Origin: Candidatus Latescibacterota bacterium
Lineage (GTDB): Bacteria > Latescibacterota > UBA2968 > GCA-2709665
Assembly: GCA_965116875.1 (NCBI GenBank)
Contig: OZ220733.1
Location: forward strand, 4,256,001 to 4,320,000
DNA: 64,000 bases
Direction: 5' to 3'
In this document: in pieces, positions 8,805-18,900 of the stretch
Numbering within the stretch: position 1 is the first letter of the stretch
Layout: every line of letters starts with the position of its first letter
Notes under the pieces: model-generated
Seen by the model: only the letters and a program-made list of their open reading frames with translations
Told to the model about the DNA's origin: nothing
Databases searched by the model: none
Position numbers and translations under genes: made by a program

Positions 8805-10106
8805 ATGGTGGGCCGAATTTCGCGCGGGCTTTGTCTGCTGGTTCTCTTTCCGGCTGCCATTCACGCGGACAACTGGCCGCAGTGGCGCGGTCCGCAGCAG
8901 AACGGGGTGAGTTCGGCCCGAAATCTTCCCGCTTCGTGGAGCCTGGAAGAGAACGTCATCTGGAAAACGGAATTGCCCTCGTGGAGCGGAAGTACGCCGA
9001 TTGTCTGGGGAGATCGCATTTTTCTGATGTCCCCGTCGCCGGCGCGTACGCCCGAGCAGAGTGAACCAGGCGGTCCCGAGATATTCATTCTGTGTCTTTC
9101 CAGAAAGGAAGGCAGTGAACGCTGGCGTCGCAAACTGGACGAAGGCAACGATCTCTGGCGCAAGCACAACAATACGTCGCCTTCGCCTGTCACGGACGGT
9201 GCGCACGTGTGGGCCGTAACCGGGAATGGGGTTGTGGCGTGTCTGAACGTGGACGGCAAACTGATCTGGACGCGCGACTTGCAAAGGGACTACGGAGAAT
9301 TCGGCCTGAACTTCGGTTACGCCTCGTCTCCGATTCTGTTCGACGGCAAGCTCATCCTGCAGGTACTTCACGGATCGTACACGGACGAACCCTCGTATAT
9401 CGTCGCGCTGGACGCCGGAAACGGTAAGGAAGCGTGGCGCGAAGAACGCGCGACCGATGCCATACGGGAGTCTCCGGATTCGTACACGACGCCGGCTCTG
9501 TTGAAACAGGGAGGAAAGACTCAGATCGTGATTACGGGCGGGGATTGCGTGACGGGGCACGATCCGGTTACGGGACGCGAGATCTGGCGAGCCAACGGGG
9601 TGAACCCGGAGCGACGGGGAAATTTCCGGATTGTGGGCTCGCCCCTGGTGGTGGACGGCATGATCTATGCGCCCACCCGGCGGCGTCCCCTACTCGCCCT
9701 GACCGCGGGCGGGACCGGCGACGTCTCCGGAAACGTGAAGTGGAAGTGGGAGGGCGCCGCCGCGCCGGACGTGCCTACGCCGGTCTGCGACGGAAGATAT
9801 TTCTATATGGTTGACGATCGCGGTCTGGCAACCTGTCTCGACGCGAAGACCGGCGCCGTTGTCTGGGGTCCCGAGAGAACGGCACAGGGTACGGTGAGCG
9901 CTTCGCCGCATCTGGCGGACGGCAAGTTGTTCCTGCTGAACGAATATGCCGTGACGACCGTCCTTGCCGCCGGCCCGAAGTTCAAAATCCTCGCGACGAA
10001 TGAACTGGACGATACGTATACACTCTCGTCTCCCGTGTCCGCCGGATCTCAGCTCTTCGTGCGATCGGCAACCCATTTGTATTGCATCGGACACCGGGCC
10101 GAGTAA
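8805..10106 (+). CDS. Exported PQQ-binding-like beta-propeller protein
   Basis: Signal peptide, then DNWPQWRGP, WKTELP, repeated SPI/SPV..DG and G..IW blades; GAGGAG SD. Confidence 0.88.
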   Translation: MVGRISRGLCLLVLFPAAIHADNWPQWRGPQQNGVSSARNLPASWSLEENVIWKTELPSWSGSTPIVWGDRIFLMSPSPARTPEQSEPGGPEIFILCLSRKEGSERWRRKLDEGNDLWRKHNNTSPSPVTDGAHVWAVTGNGVVACLNVDGKLIWTRDLQRDYGEFGLNFGYASSPILFDGKLILQVLHGSYTDEPSYIVALDAGNGKEAWREERATDAIRESPDSYTTPALLKQGGKTQIVITGGDCVTGHDPVTGREIWRANGVNPERRGNFRIVGSPLVVDGMIYAPTRRRPLLALTAGGTGDVSGNVKWKWEGAAAPDVPTPVCDGRYFYMVDDRGLATCLDAKTGAVVWGPERTAQGTVSASPHLADGKLFLLNEYAVTTVLAAGPKFKILATNELDDTYTLSSPVSAGSQLFVRSATHLYCIGHRAE

Positions 10107-10138
10107 TCATCGGCCTTCGTTGCGAATTCCGTTAGGCG

Positions 10139-10166
10139 TTGACACGGTAATGCAGAATCATATATT
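10139..10166 (+). promoter_or_regulatory. Sigma70-type promoter
   Basis: TTGACA-16 nt-TATATT upstream of 10191. Confidence 0.5.
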
Positions 10167-10190
10167 GGTGCCGTTTCTAAGGGGGATTCT

Positions 10191-11360
10191 ATGGCCACGC
10201 GACTGAACATCGGCCTTCTTGGATATTCGTTCATGGGCAAGGCGCACAGCAACGCGTTCCGCAAGGTACCGATGTTCTTTCCGGATACCGGCGTCGAACC
10301 GGTCATGAAGGTGATCTGCGGTTCGAACAGGGAAAACGTGGCGGAGGCCGCGGGGACGTTCGGATGGGAGGAATACGAAACCAACTGGGAAAACGTGGTC
10401 GCCCGCGACGATATCGACGTCATCGACATCTGTACGCCCGGGAATCTGCATATGCCGATGGCGATCGCAGCCCTCGAGGCCGGCAAACACGTCATCTGCG
10501 AGAAGCCGCTTGCAAACAACCTGGACGAGGCCAGGGCCATGTTGAGGGCCGCGGAGGATGCCGGAGCGAAAACCATGGTCGCGTATAACTACCGGCGCGT
10601 TCCTGCGGTCGCACTGGCCAGACAGTTGATCGAAGAGGGCCGGATCGGGCAGATCTATCACTGGCGAGCGGTGTATCTTCAGGACTGGATCATCGACCCG
10701 GAATTCCCGATGGTGTGGCGTTTCGAGAAGGACAAGGCGGGCTCGGGGCCGCACGGGGATCTGAATGCGCACATTATCGACCTCGCGCTGCATCTCGTGG
10801 GAGACATTCAATCGGTGGTTGCCGCCGATACGACCTTCATCAGGGAACGACCGCTGGCGGAATCGATCGACGCGTCGCTGGGCGCCGCCGGCGGAAAATC
10901 GGATCGGATGGGTACGGTCACGGTGGACGACGCAACGCTGTTCCTGGCGCGATTCGCAAACGGCGCGCTGGGTTCGTTCGAAGCCACCCGGTTTGCGGCC
11001 GGCAGGCGCAACCACAACCGGTTCGAAATCAACGGAAGCAAGGGCAGTATCGCGTTCAATCTGGAAAAAATGAACGAACTGCAGTTTTATTCCCGCGAGG
11101 ACGAGGGACACATTCAGGGTTTCCGCGAGATCATTGTGAACGAAGGGGTGCATCCTTACATGTCGGCGTGGTGGCCGCCCGGCCATATCGTCGGGTGGGA
11201 GCATACGTTCGTGCACGAGGTCAAGGACTTTTTCGAAGCGATCGAAAATGACCGGGAGGCTTCACCGAATTTCAGCGAAGGGGCGCGGGTCCAGGCTGTG
11301 CTGGAAGCTGCCAGCGATTCAGCGAAATCGGACCGGTGGCGGGAGGTCCCGGAAGTGTGA
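10191..11360 (+). CDS. Gfo/Idh/MocA oxidoreductase (sugar 3-dehydrogenase/levoglucosan dehydrogenase-like)
   Basis: IGLLGYSFMGKAHS, HVICEKPLA, YLQDW, GDLNAHIID, WWPPGH. Confidence 0.92.
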   Translation: MATRLNIGLLGYSFMGKAHSNAFRKVPMFFPDTGVEPVMKVICGSNRENVAEAAGTFGWEEYETNWENVVARDDIDVIDICTPGNLHMPMAIAALEAGKHVICEKPLANNLDEARAMLRAAEDAGAKTMVAYNYRRVPAVALARQLIEEGRIGQIYHWRAVYLQDWIIDPEFPMVWRFEKDKAGSGPHGDLNAHIIDLALHLVGDIQSVVAADTTFIRERPLAESIDASLGAAGGKSDRMGTVTVDDATLFLARFANGALGSFEATRFAAGRRNHNRFEINGSKGSIAFNLEKMNELQFYSREDEGHIQGFREIIVNEGVHPYMSAWWPPGHIVGWEHTFVHEVKDFFEAIENDREASPNFSEGARVQAVLEAASDSAKSDRWREVPEV

Positions 11361-11429
11361 TTTCCCGCATCCGTCTGTGGGCATCGCATCACAGGCAGGG
11401 GCCGGGAGCATCTGGAAGGAGCATTGGGT

Positions 11430-12428
11430 ATGGCGAGACCATGTACTTTGTTTACGGGTCAGTGGGCCGACCTCCCCCTCGACGCGATGGCGGAGAAAGC
11501 GGCCGGATTCGGATACGACGGCCTGGAGCTGGCCTGCTGGGGAGACCATCTGGACGTCCGGGAAGCGGCCTCCAGCGACGGCTACTGCCGGAGCCGGCAC
11601 GAGATTCTGGAAAAACACGGGCTGAAGTTCTGGGCGATCAGCAATCATCTCGCGGGGCAGGCGGTTTGCGACAACATCGACGAACGCCACGAGTCGATAC
11701 TGCCCCCACACGTATGGGGCGATGGCGATCCGGAAGGCGTGAAACGCCGGGCGGCCGAAGACATGATGACGTCGGCGGAAGCGGCAAAGGCGCTGGGCGT
11801 CAGCGTGGTGAACGGCTTTACGGGTTCGTCCATCTGGCATCTGCTGTATTCGTTTCCGCCGGTGTCCCCGGATGCGATCGACGCGGGTTTCAGGGACTTC
11901 GCGGATCGATGGAATCCCATTCTCGATGCGTTTGCAAGGCACGACGTCCGATTTGCCCTCGAGGTGCATCCGACGGAAATCGCGTTCGATATCGCCTCCG
12001 CCGCACGGGCGGTAGCGGCGCTTGGCGGGAGGAGCGAGTTCGGCTTCAATTACGATCCGAGCCACCTCGTTTATCAAAACGTGGACTACGTGGCGTTCAT
12101 CCGGGAATTCAGGGACCGCATCTATCACGTGCATATGAAAGACGCGTACCTGTCGCCGCTGCCCACCCGGGCGGGGATTTTCGGCGGCCACACCGAGTTT
12201 GGCGACCCCGATCGCTCCTGGGATTTCCGGTCCCTGGGCCGCGGAAGCGTGGACTTTGAAGAAATCATCCGCGCCCTGAACGACATTGGCTACGGCGGGC
12301 CCCTGTCCGTGGAGTGGGAAGACTCGGGAATGGACCGGGAACACGGAGCAGCGGAAGCATGCGCCTTTGTGAACAGCGTGGATTTCGAACCGTCGGCCGT
12401 AGCTTTCGACGCGGCGTTTGCCGAATAG
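11430..12428 (+). CDS. Sugar phosphate isomerase/epimerase (AP_endonuc_2 TIM barrel)
   Basis: [45 protein letters not shown]. Confidence 0.9.
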   Translation: MARPCTLFTGQWADLPLDAMAEKAAGFGYDGLELACWGDHLDVREAASSDGYCRSRHEILEKHGLKFWAISNHLAGQAVCDNIDERHESILPPHVWGDGDPEGVKRRAAEDMMTSAEAAKALGVSVVNGFTGSSIWHLLYSFPPVSPDAIDAGFRDFADRWNPILDAFARHDVRFALEVHPTEIAFDIASAARAVAALGGRSEFGFNYDPSHLVYQNVDYVAFIREFRDRIYHVHMKDAYLSPLPTRAGIFGGHTEFGDPDRSWDFRSLGRGSVDFEEIIRALNDIGYGGPLSVEWEDSGMDREHGAAEACAFVNSVDFEPSAVAFDAAFAE

Positions 12429-12582
12429 TTGACGGATGCAGGCTTCATGCGTCCCGTCCCGGTAGCCGATTCGACTCGTGTCCTATCCCGAAAATTCCTC
12501 ACCATTCGACCGCCGATTCATCCCGTCTCGCTGCGTTCCCGTCGCTCGCCGACCATACACAGGTCTCCTGCGCTCCGGCGCT

Positions 12583-12603
12583 GGTTCCTGAGCTTGTCGA
12601 AGG
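12583..12603. repeat. REP-like element half (CCTGAGCTTGTCGAAGG)
   Basis: A near-identical motif (CTGAGCCTGTCGAAG) recurs near 25000. Confidence 0.4.
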
Positions 12604-12906
12604 ATGCGAGCCGGGCGACTCGACGGTCGAATTCAGGCAACTTATTTCCGGGACAGAACACCCGCTTTCGGGACGCGGGACCCGCGGTCAGCAGGACGTG
12701 TCATCAGGCCTGCCGACCGCGTTTTATTAGAAGCTGTGTTGGAATTCCCGGTGCGTTCCCGAGCGCGAGCGAAAGCGTGTCGGTCCAGGCGGGCGAATTC
12801 GCCCCTATCTTTCGATAGTGGTGGATTTGACCAACGCAGACCGGCGCGTTTGCAGCCGCGCGAAGACCGCTGGGAATTTTAATACAGCTTCGGAGGGAGA
12901 TCATCA

Positions 12907-14469
12907 ATGCGGATGCGTATTTTTCTTCTCTTCCTGCTGTCTGCCGTCTTCGCCTGCGAGGCGGAGCGCCCCAGGACTCTGGTGTTCGGCAGGGGCGGCG
13001 ACACCGTGGGGCTGGATCCCGCACTGGAAACCGATGGCGAGTCATTCAAGGTCTGCGACAATATTTACGACAACCTTGTCACGTTCAGGCCGGAAAACAC
13101 CGAATTGGCGCCCGGTCTGGCGGAGTCCTGGGCGGCGTCGGACGACCTGAAAACGTGGACCTTCAAGCTCAGGCGGAACGTCGTGTTCCATGACGGGAGT
13201 CCTTTCAACGCGGACGCGGTGGTGTTCTCGCTTGCCCGGCAGTTCAAACCCGACCATCCGTTTCACCGGGTGGAAGGCGCGTTTCAGTATTGGAACAGCA
13301 TGTCGATGAGCGAGATTGTCAGCGACGTGAAAAAGGTGGACGATCATACGGTTTCCATAGAGCTGACGCGTCCCAACGCGCCGTTTCTGTCGAATCTCGC
13401 GATGAATTTCTGCGGGATCGTGAGCCCGTCCGCCGTACGGAAGCACGGAGCGGACTTTCCCAGGCACCCGGTGGGCACGGGTCCGTTCCGATTTGTGCAG
13501 TGGATCAAGGACGACCGCGTGGTGCTGGAGCGAAATCCCGACTATTGGGGCGATGCGCCTGAGATCGACAGGCTGATCTTCAGAAGCATTCCGGAGAATT
13601 CCGTGCGCCTGATCGCGCTCATCCAGGGTTCGATTGACGGAATGGACCATCTGGTGCCCGATTTCATTCCGAATATCGAAGAACACCCACACCTTCGGCT
13701 CCTGACCCAGCCGGGTATGAACGTTGGGTACATGGCCATGAATATGGATCGGGCGCCGTTCCACCTTCTGAAGGTGCGAAGGGCGGTGAACCACGCCATC
13801 AACAAACAGGCGCTGGTGGACAATCTGTATCAGGGTCTTGCGCTGCCGGCTGTCAACCCGATTCCACCCTCGATGTGGAGCTATCACGAAGGGATCGAAG
13901 GATACGCCTACGATCCGGAAAGGGCCCGGGAGCTGCTGGTCGAGGCCGGCTATGCGGACGGATTCGAGACCACGCTTTGGGCCATGCCGGTGCCGCGCCC
14001 GTATATGCCGCAGCCAAGGAAAATCGCCCAGGCCATCCAGGCCGACCTGCAGGCCGTCGGTATCCGGGCCGAAATCGTGAGCTATGAATGGGGGACCTAT
14101 CTGGACAAGGTTTCCCGGGGGCAGCACGATATGGCGCTCCTGGGCTGGACGGGCGACAACGGCGACCCCGACAATTTCCTGTACGTCCTGCTCGACAAGA
14201 GCGCGGCACAACATCCCGCCAATAACATCGCGTTCTACCGCAGCGACGAACTGCACGAAGTGCTGGTGCAGGCGCAACGGGAAGTGGACGTCGCCGTCAG
14301 GACCGGGCTTTACCGGAAGGCGCAGGAGATCGTGTTCCAGGATGCGCCATGGGCGCCTCTCGTACACGCGGCGCAGACCGCCGCGTTCAAGAAGACGGTA
14401 ACCGGATTCACGCTTCATCCTACCGGCAGCAAGTGGTTCCAGAACGTGCGGATCCTGGAAACGGATTGA
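12907..14469 (+). CDS. dppA: ABC transporter substrate-binding protein, family 5 (DppA-like), probable lipoprotein
   Basis: VFAC lipobox, PGLAESW, LRRNVVFHDG, PVGTGPF, GWTGDNGDPDNF. Confidence 0.92.
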   Translation: MRMRIFLLFLLSAVFACEAERPRTLVFGRGGDTVGLDPALETDGESFKVCDNIYDNLVTFRPENTELAPGLAESWAASDDLKTWTFKLRRNVVFHDGSPFNADAVVFSLARQFKPDHPFHRVEGAFQYWNSMSMSEIVSDVKKVDDHTVSIELTRPNAPFLSNLAMNFCGIVSPSAVRKHGADFPRHPVGTGPFRFVQWIKDDRVVLERNPDYWGDAPEIDRLIFRSIPENSVRLIALIQGSIDGMDHLVPDFIPNIEEHPHLRLLTQPGMNVGYMAMNMDRAPFHLLKVRRAVNHAINKQALVDNLYQGLALPAVNPIPPSMWSYHEGIEGYAYDPERARELLVEAGYADGFETTLWAMPVPRPYMPQPRKIAQAIQADLQAVGIRAEIVSYEWGTYLDKVSRGQHDMALLGWTGDNGDPDNFLYVLLDKSAAQHPANNIAFYRSDELHEVLVQAQREVDVAVRTGLYRKAQEIVFQDAPWAPLVHAAQTAAFKKTVTGFTLHPTGSKWFQNVRILETD

Positions 14470-14527
14470 GGGCGCCGAAACGTCCGTATAACGACCCGTA
14501 TCCGGCACCTTTGAGGCAAGTCGCGCG

Positions 14528-15541
14528 ATGGGCGTCTACATCCTGAAACGCTTGTTTCTCCTTGTCCCCATGCTGCTGGGAATCGTCGTCCTGGTTTTCC
14601 TGATGGTACACTTCGTTCCGGGCGATCCCGCGCAGGTGATGCTGGGTGAACGGGCCAGCGCGGAACAGGTGGCTGAATTGCGCAGGCAACTGGGACTGGA
14701 TCAGGAGTTGCACGTCCAGCTCGGCCTGTACCTGTGGGGGCTGGCCCAGGGCGACCTGGGACGTTCCTTCAAGTCCCATGCGAAAGTCTCCTCCGAGTTG
14801 CTGGCCAGGTTTCCCGCGACGCTCGAACTCACGTTGATCAGTATGTTGCTGGCCTGCGGGGTCGGGATCGTTGCGGGCGTGGTTTCGGCATCGCGCAAGG
14901 GTTCCGTCATGGATTACCTCGGCATGACGGTTTCCCTGGCCGGGTTGTCGATGCCGATTTTCTGGCTGGGCCTGATGGTTATTCTGGTGATGTCGGTTTT
15001 TCTCGGGTTGTTTCCCGTGTCGGGACGGCTCAGCACCCATATTTTTATTCCGGAGGTCACCGGACTCTATCTGATCGACAGCCTGCTGGCAAGGGACTGG
15101 AGGGCTTTCGCAGACACCGCCTGGCATCTCGTGCTGCCCGGCATTACGCTGGGCACCGTGCCGATGGCGGTGATCGCGCGGATGACACGATCCAGCCTCC
15201 TGGATGTACTCAAGGAAGATTATGTACGTACGGCATGGGCGAAGGGGCTGTCGGAACGGATCGTCATCTTCCGGCATGCGCTCAAGAACGCGTTTATTCC
15301 CGTGTTGACCGTAATCAGCCTTCAGTTCGGATTCCTGCTCGGGGGCGCCGTCATTACGGAGACGATCTTCGCGTGGCCGGGGGTGGGACGGTGGCTCCTG
15401 CTGGCGGTATATTCGAGGGATTTCAGGGCCGTTCAGGGAGGGGTGCTGCTGGTTGCGCTGATGTTTGCACTGATCAACCTCATTGCAGACGTGATGTACG
15501 CGTGGCTGGACCCGCGCATCAGACACCGGAACCGTGCATGA
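14528..15541 (+). CDS. dppB: Peptide ABC transporter permease
   Basis: PGDPA, GDLGRS, EDYVRTAWAKG, ETIFAWPGVG, LDPRI. Confidence 0.92.
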   Translation: MGVYILKRLFLLVPMLLGIVVLVFLMVHFVPGDPAQVMLGERASAEQVAELRRQLGLDQELHVQLGLYLWGLAQGDLGRSFKSHAKVSSELLARFPATLELTLISMLLACGVGIVAGVVSASRKGSVMDYLGMTVSLAGLSMPIFWLGLMVILVMSVFLGLFPVSGRLSTHIFIPEVTGLYLIDSLLARDWRAFADTAWHLVLPGITLGTVPMAVIARMTRSSLLDVLKEDYVRTAWAKGLSERIVIFRHALKNAFIPVLTVISLQFGFLLGGAVITETIFAWPGVGRWLLLAVYSRDFRAVQGGVLLVALMFALINLIADVMYAWLDPRIRHRNRA

Positions 15542-16440
15542 ACCGATCATTCCATCCGGCCGCGGGAACAGGTGTCGAAGTCGACGGATCACAGGGCCTG
15601 ACGGACGCGGGCTGGGGCGGGTTGTTCTGGAAACGGCTTCTGAAGAACCGGTTGGCTGCCGCGGGCGGCGTCCTGCTGCTGGGATTCCTGTTGCTGGCGA
15701 TCGCCGCGCCCCTGGCCGCGCCGCACGATCCCTATGCCCAGAATCTCTATGAACGTCTCCAGCCGCCGTCACTGGCGTATCCGTTCGGTACGGACGACTT
15801 TGGACGGGACGTTCTGAGCCGTGTCATTTACGGCGCGCGAATTTCGCTGCGTGTCGGGGTTGCCGCCGTGCTGATCGCACTGGTCCTGGGCGTTCCGATC
15901 GGGCTCGTTTCGGGGTACTGGGGCGGCGCGCTGGACCAGGTTCTGATGCGGGCGATGGATCTGATGCTCGCATTTCCCAGCATCCTTCTGGCCATCGCCA
16001 TCGTGGCGATCCTGGGACCGGGGTTGGAGAATGCGATGCTGGCGGTCGGGATCGTCGCGGTGCCGCAGTACGCCCGTCTGGTGCGGGCATCCGCGCTGAC
16101 CGTGCGTGGACAGGACTACGTTCAGGCTGTACGGGCGCTTGGCGCGGGGGATTTCCGTATCCTGTTTTTTTCGATTCTTCCGAACTGTCTGACGCCACTG
16201 ATCGTGCAGTCCACGCTGGGTCTGGCAACCGCTATCCTCGATGCCGCGGGCCTGAGCTTCCTGGGATTGGGCGCGCAGCCGCCCACGCCGGAGTGGGGCG
16301 CCATGTTGACCGGTGGAAGGGAACTGGTGCTGCGTGCGCCGTGGGTATTGACGTTTCCGGGCGTGGCGATTTTCCTGACCGTATTGGCATTCAACCTGGT
16401 TGGAGACGGATTGCGCGACGCCCTGGATCCAAGGACCTGA
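15538..16440 (+). CDS. dppC: Peptide ABC transporter permease
   Basis: FGTDDFGRDVLSR, LSFLGLG, PEWG, GDGLRDALDP; ATGA overlap with dppB. Confidence 0.92.
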   Translation: MNRSFHPAAGTGVEVDGSQGLTDAGWGGLFWKRLLKNRLAAAGGVLLLGFLLLAIAAPLAAPHDPYAQNLYERLQPPSLAYPFGTDDFGRDVLSRVIYGARISLRVGVAAVLIALVLGVPIGLVSGYWGGALDQVLMRAMDLMLAFPSILLAIAIVAILGPGLENAMLAVGIVAVPQYARLVRASALTVRGQDYVQAVRALGAGDFRILFFSILPNCLTPLIVQSTLGLATAILDAAGLSFLGLGAQPPTPEWGAMLTGGRELVLRAPWVLTFPGVAIFLTVLAFNLVGDGLRDALDPRT

Positions 16441-16458
16441 CCTGGCCGGAGAAAGCCT

Positions 16459-16487
16459 TTGACTTCCGCATTCCGGTGGCGTATATT
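16459..16487 (+). promoter_or_regulatory. Sigma70-type promoter of the small ORF/structured RNA unit
   Basis: TTGACT-17 nt-TATATT. Confidence 0.65.
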
Positions 16488-16514
16488 CCGCTTACACGGA
16501 AAGGAGGTGGTCAA

Positions 16515-16550
16515 ATGATCGAATCGACCAGTGGAGGTGGCTGTAGTTAG
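16515..16550 (+). CDS. Putative 11-aa small peptide MIESTSGGGCS
   Basis: Preceded by an extended SD (AAGGAGGTG, 16501-16509) just downstream of a consensus promoter. Confidence 0.4.
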   Translation: MIESTSGGGCS

Positions 16551-16749
16551 GTGCGCTGCCGGGTGCGGGAGAACATCTCGTCTGGTAACGCGCCTGGCGA
16601 ATCTAGACAGCCATCGAAAGACAGGCGATCCGTCGGTTTGACGGGCCCCGGCCACTCGGACGGGGCGCTGTGAGATGGAAGCCGTCTCAAGAGTTGCGCC
16701 GTGAGGAGATGTGGCCGGAGGATCGGCTCCCGAATCGCGGCGCATTTTT
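16551..16749 (+). ncRNA. Candidate highly structured RNA, family not recognised
   Basis: Nested long-range stems 16551-59/16737-45, 16566-71/16727-32 and 16573-79/16706-12, internal hairpins, and a U-tract at the 3' end. Confidence 0.5.
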
Positions 16750-16770
16750 CTGTCTTATAAGGGTTTGTGC

Positions 16771-16799
16771 TTGACAAAATCACGCATGCTCTATATCTT
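16771..16799 (+). promoter_or_regulatory. Sigma70-type promoter of rplM
   Basis: TTGACA-17 nt-TATCTT. Confidence 0.6.
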
Positions 16800-16880
16800 C
16801 TGAGGCTTGACAATGCGTGGAATTGTCACGGAGAGGGGGTGAGTTCGAATTCGGCGTCGATGTGGACGCCGTTCGGATTT

Positions 16881-17315
16881 ATGAATACGCCAAGCGCTAA
16901 AAGATCTGACGTCGAACGCAAATGGTTTCTGGCTGATGCCGACGGTAAGGTGCTGGGTCGTTTTGCAAGCGAAGTTGCACGGATCCTGATGGGCAAACAC
17001 AAGCCGTATTATACGTCCCACGTGGATACCGGTGATCATGTCATCGTGGTCAACTCCGACAAGATCATGGTCAAAGGCGCAAATAAGCCCGACCAGAAGC
17101 TTTATACACGATTCAGCGGATATCCTGGAGGTCTGAAAACCAAAACCCTGAAGCGGGCGCTCGAAACGCAGCCGCAGTTCGTGCTGGAACATGCGATACG
17201 GGGAATGTTGCCGCGCACGAAACTCGGGCGGAGGATGATGAAGAAGGTCCGGATTTACACGGGTTCCGATCATCCGCACGACAGTCAGGCGCCCGAAGCG
17301 ATCGACCTTGCTTGA
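16881..17315 (+). CDS. rplM: 50S ribosomal protein L13
   Basis: RKWFLADADGKVLGRFAS, GKHKP, DTGDHVIVVN, SGYPGGLK, IRGMLP. Confidence 0.97.
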   Translation: MNTPSAKRSDVERKWFLADADGKVLGRFASEVARILMGKHKPYYTSHVDTGDHVIVVNSDKIMVKGANKPDQKLYTRFSGYPGGLKTKTLKRALETQPQFVLEHAIRGMLPRTKLGRRMMKKVRIYTGSDHPHDSQAPEAIDLA

Positions 17316-17554
17316 ATCCCGCCGCATCCAACTTCAATACGAAAGAAACAACGGTGCGGCATCGCGACAGCGGCTTCCAGAATGGTATGTAAACGTCGTC
17401 CGGAAGGGCATTTTTTCGGTTCCCGTCCAGCGACTTGGTGTATCCTGGTAATCAGCCTTCTAATCGCCTTTATTAACTTGCACATATTCGAATTTACGTC
17501 CACGAAAACTTACGAATCAAAGTGAAGAATCGTTGAACGAGAGGAGGTAGGGTC

Positions 17555-17947
17555 TTGGCAGAGATCCTTGCTTCTGCCAGAGGCCGGCGCAAGTCGGCCA
17601 CGGCAAACGTGAAGCTGTTTCCCGGATCCGGGGAAATTACCATCAACGGCAGGCCCATTCTGGATTATCTGAAGCGCGAGACGCTGGTGATGATCGTGGA
17701 ACAGCCGCTGACGGTTACGGAAACGACCGGACAATACAACATCGTCGCCAGCGCCAAGGGCGGTGGTCTCAGCGGACAGGCCGGGGCCGTTCGGCTGGGT
17801 ATCGCCCGGGGCCTGCTTGCCCTGAACGATGATCTCAAGACGCCGCTGCGCGAGGCCGGGCTGTTGACCCGCGACGCGCGAGAGGTGGAACGAAAGAAGC
17901 CTGGCCGACCGGGCGCGCGAAAACGGTTCCAGTTTTCCAAACGCTAG
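17555..17947 (+). CDS. rpsI: 30S ribosomal protein S9
   Basis: GRRKSATA, GGGLSGQAGAVRLGIAR, LTRDAREVERKK, QFSKR; TTG start with GAGGAGG SD. Confidence 0.97.
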   Translation: MAEILASARGRRKSATANVKLFPGSGEITINGRPILDYLKRETLVMIVEQPLTVTETTGQYNIVASAKGGGLSGQAGAVRLGIARGLLALNDDLKTPLREAGLLTRDAREVERKKPGRPGARKRFQFSKR

Positions 17948-17999
17948 TCGACTGTTGTTTTGCAATTGGCGTGTTGGGCACGTGGCGACACGCCTATTT

Positions 18000-18101
18000 C
18001 ACATGTGTCCCGACCTCAGACCCGGTGCCGGTTTCCGGCTGGTCTGCGGAATGACGGTCACAGAGGACGAACCGGGGGTAACAGCTTCAATGGAGGATTG
18101 A
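18000..18101 (+). promoter_or_regulatory. Probable rpsB (S2) structured leader
   Basis: Position in the rpsB 5' UTR; stems CAGACC/GGTCTG and GCCGG/CCGGC. Confidence 0.45.
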
Positions 18102-18866
18102 ATGGCTGTCGTTGAAATGAAAGCCCTGCTGGAGGCAGGTGTCCACTTCGGGCACCAGACCCGCCGCTGGAACCCGAAGATGAAAAAGTTCATCTTCATC
18201 GAACGCAACGGCATTTACATCATTGATCTGCAGAAGACGCTTCGGCAGATCGAGGAAGCCTACCGTGTTATCGGCGAAGCCGTGGAACAGGGCGAACCGA
18301 TCCTTTTCGTGGGGACCAAGAAACAGGCGAAAGACGTCATTCTTCGTGAAGCGAAGCGCTGCGAGATGTTCCACGTTACCGAACGTTGGCTTGGGGGCAT
18401 GCTGACGAATTACCAGACCATTCGTCAGAGCATCCGGCGTCTCGAATCGCTCGATAAGATGGGCGCGGACGGAACCTACGAAAAGTTGACGAAGAAAGAG
18501 GTATTGCGGCTGGAGCGCGAGCGTGAGAAGCTGGAGAGGTCCCTGAGCGGTATCCGAAGTATGGGCCGGCTGCCCGGACTGGTTTTCGTGGTAGACATTA
18601 AGAAGGAAAAGATCGCCGTCCACGAAGCAAGACGACTCAATATACCGGTCGTGGCCATCGTCGACACCAACTGCAATCCGGACGACGTGGACTATCCGAT
18701 TCCCGGCAACGACGACGCCATCCGGTCTATCGGACTCATCACACGCCTGGTCGCCGACGCGGTGCTGGAGGGGCAGAGGATCCAAAGAGAAGGTCCCGAT
18801 CGTTCAGACGACGAACCCCGGAAGCTTGGACCCGAGATTACCGAAATCACCGAAGTCAACGAATGA
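18102..18866 (+). CDS. rpsB: 30S ribosomal protein S2
   Basis: [38 protein letters not shown]. Confidence 0.98.
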   Translation: MAVVEMKALLEAGVHFGHQTRRWNPKMKKFIFIERNGIYIIDLQKTLRQIEEAYRVIGEAVEQGEPILFVGTKKQAKDVILREAKRCEMFHVTERWLGGMLTNYQTIRQSIRRLESLDKMGADGTYEKLTKKEVLRLEREREKLERSLSGIRSMGRLPGLVFVVDIKKEKIAVHEARRLNIPVVAIVDTNCNPDDVDYPIPGNDDAIRSIGLITRLVADAVLEGQRIQREGPDRSDDEPRKLGPEITEITEVNE

Positions 18867-18900
18867 CGTCCGGAAGGCGCTACGCCTGCGGGGAGAACAA

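Noticed and set aside
16551-16749. Group II intron (starts with GTGCG) or tmRNA
   Set aside because: No domain V/VI or RT ORF, no tRNA-like ends, and the peptide lacks an SsrA-type tag.
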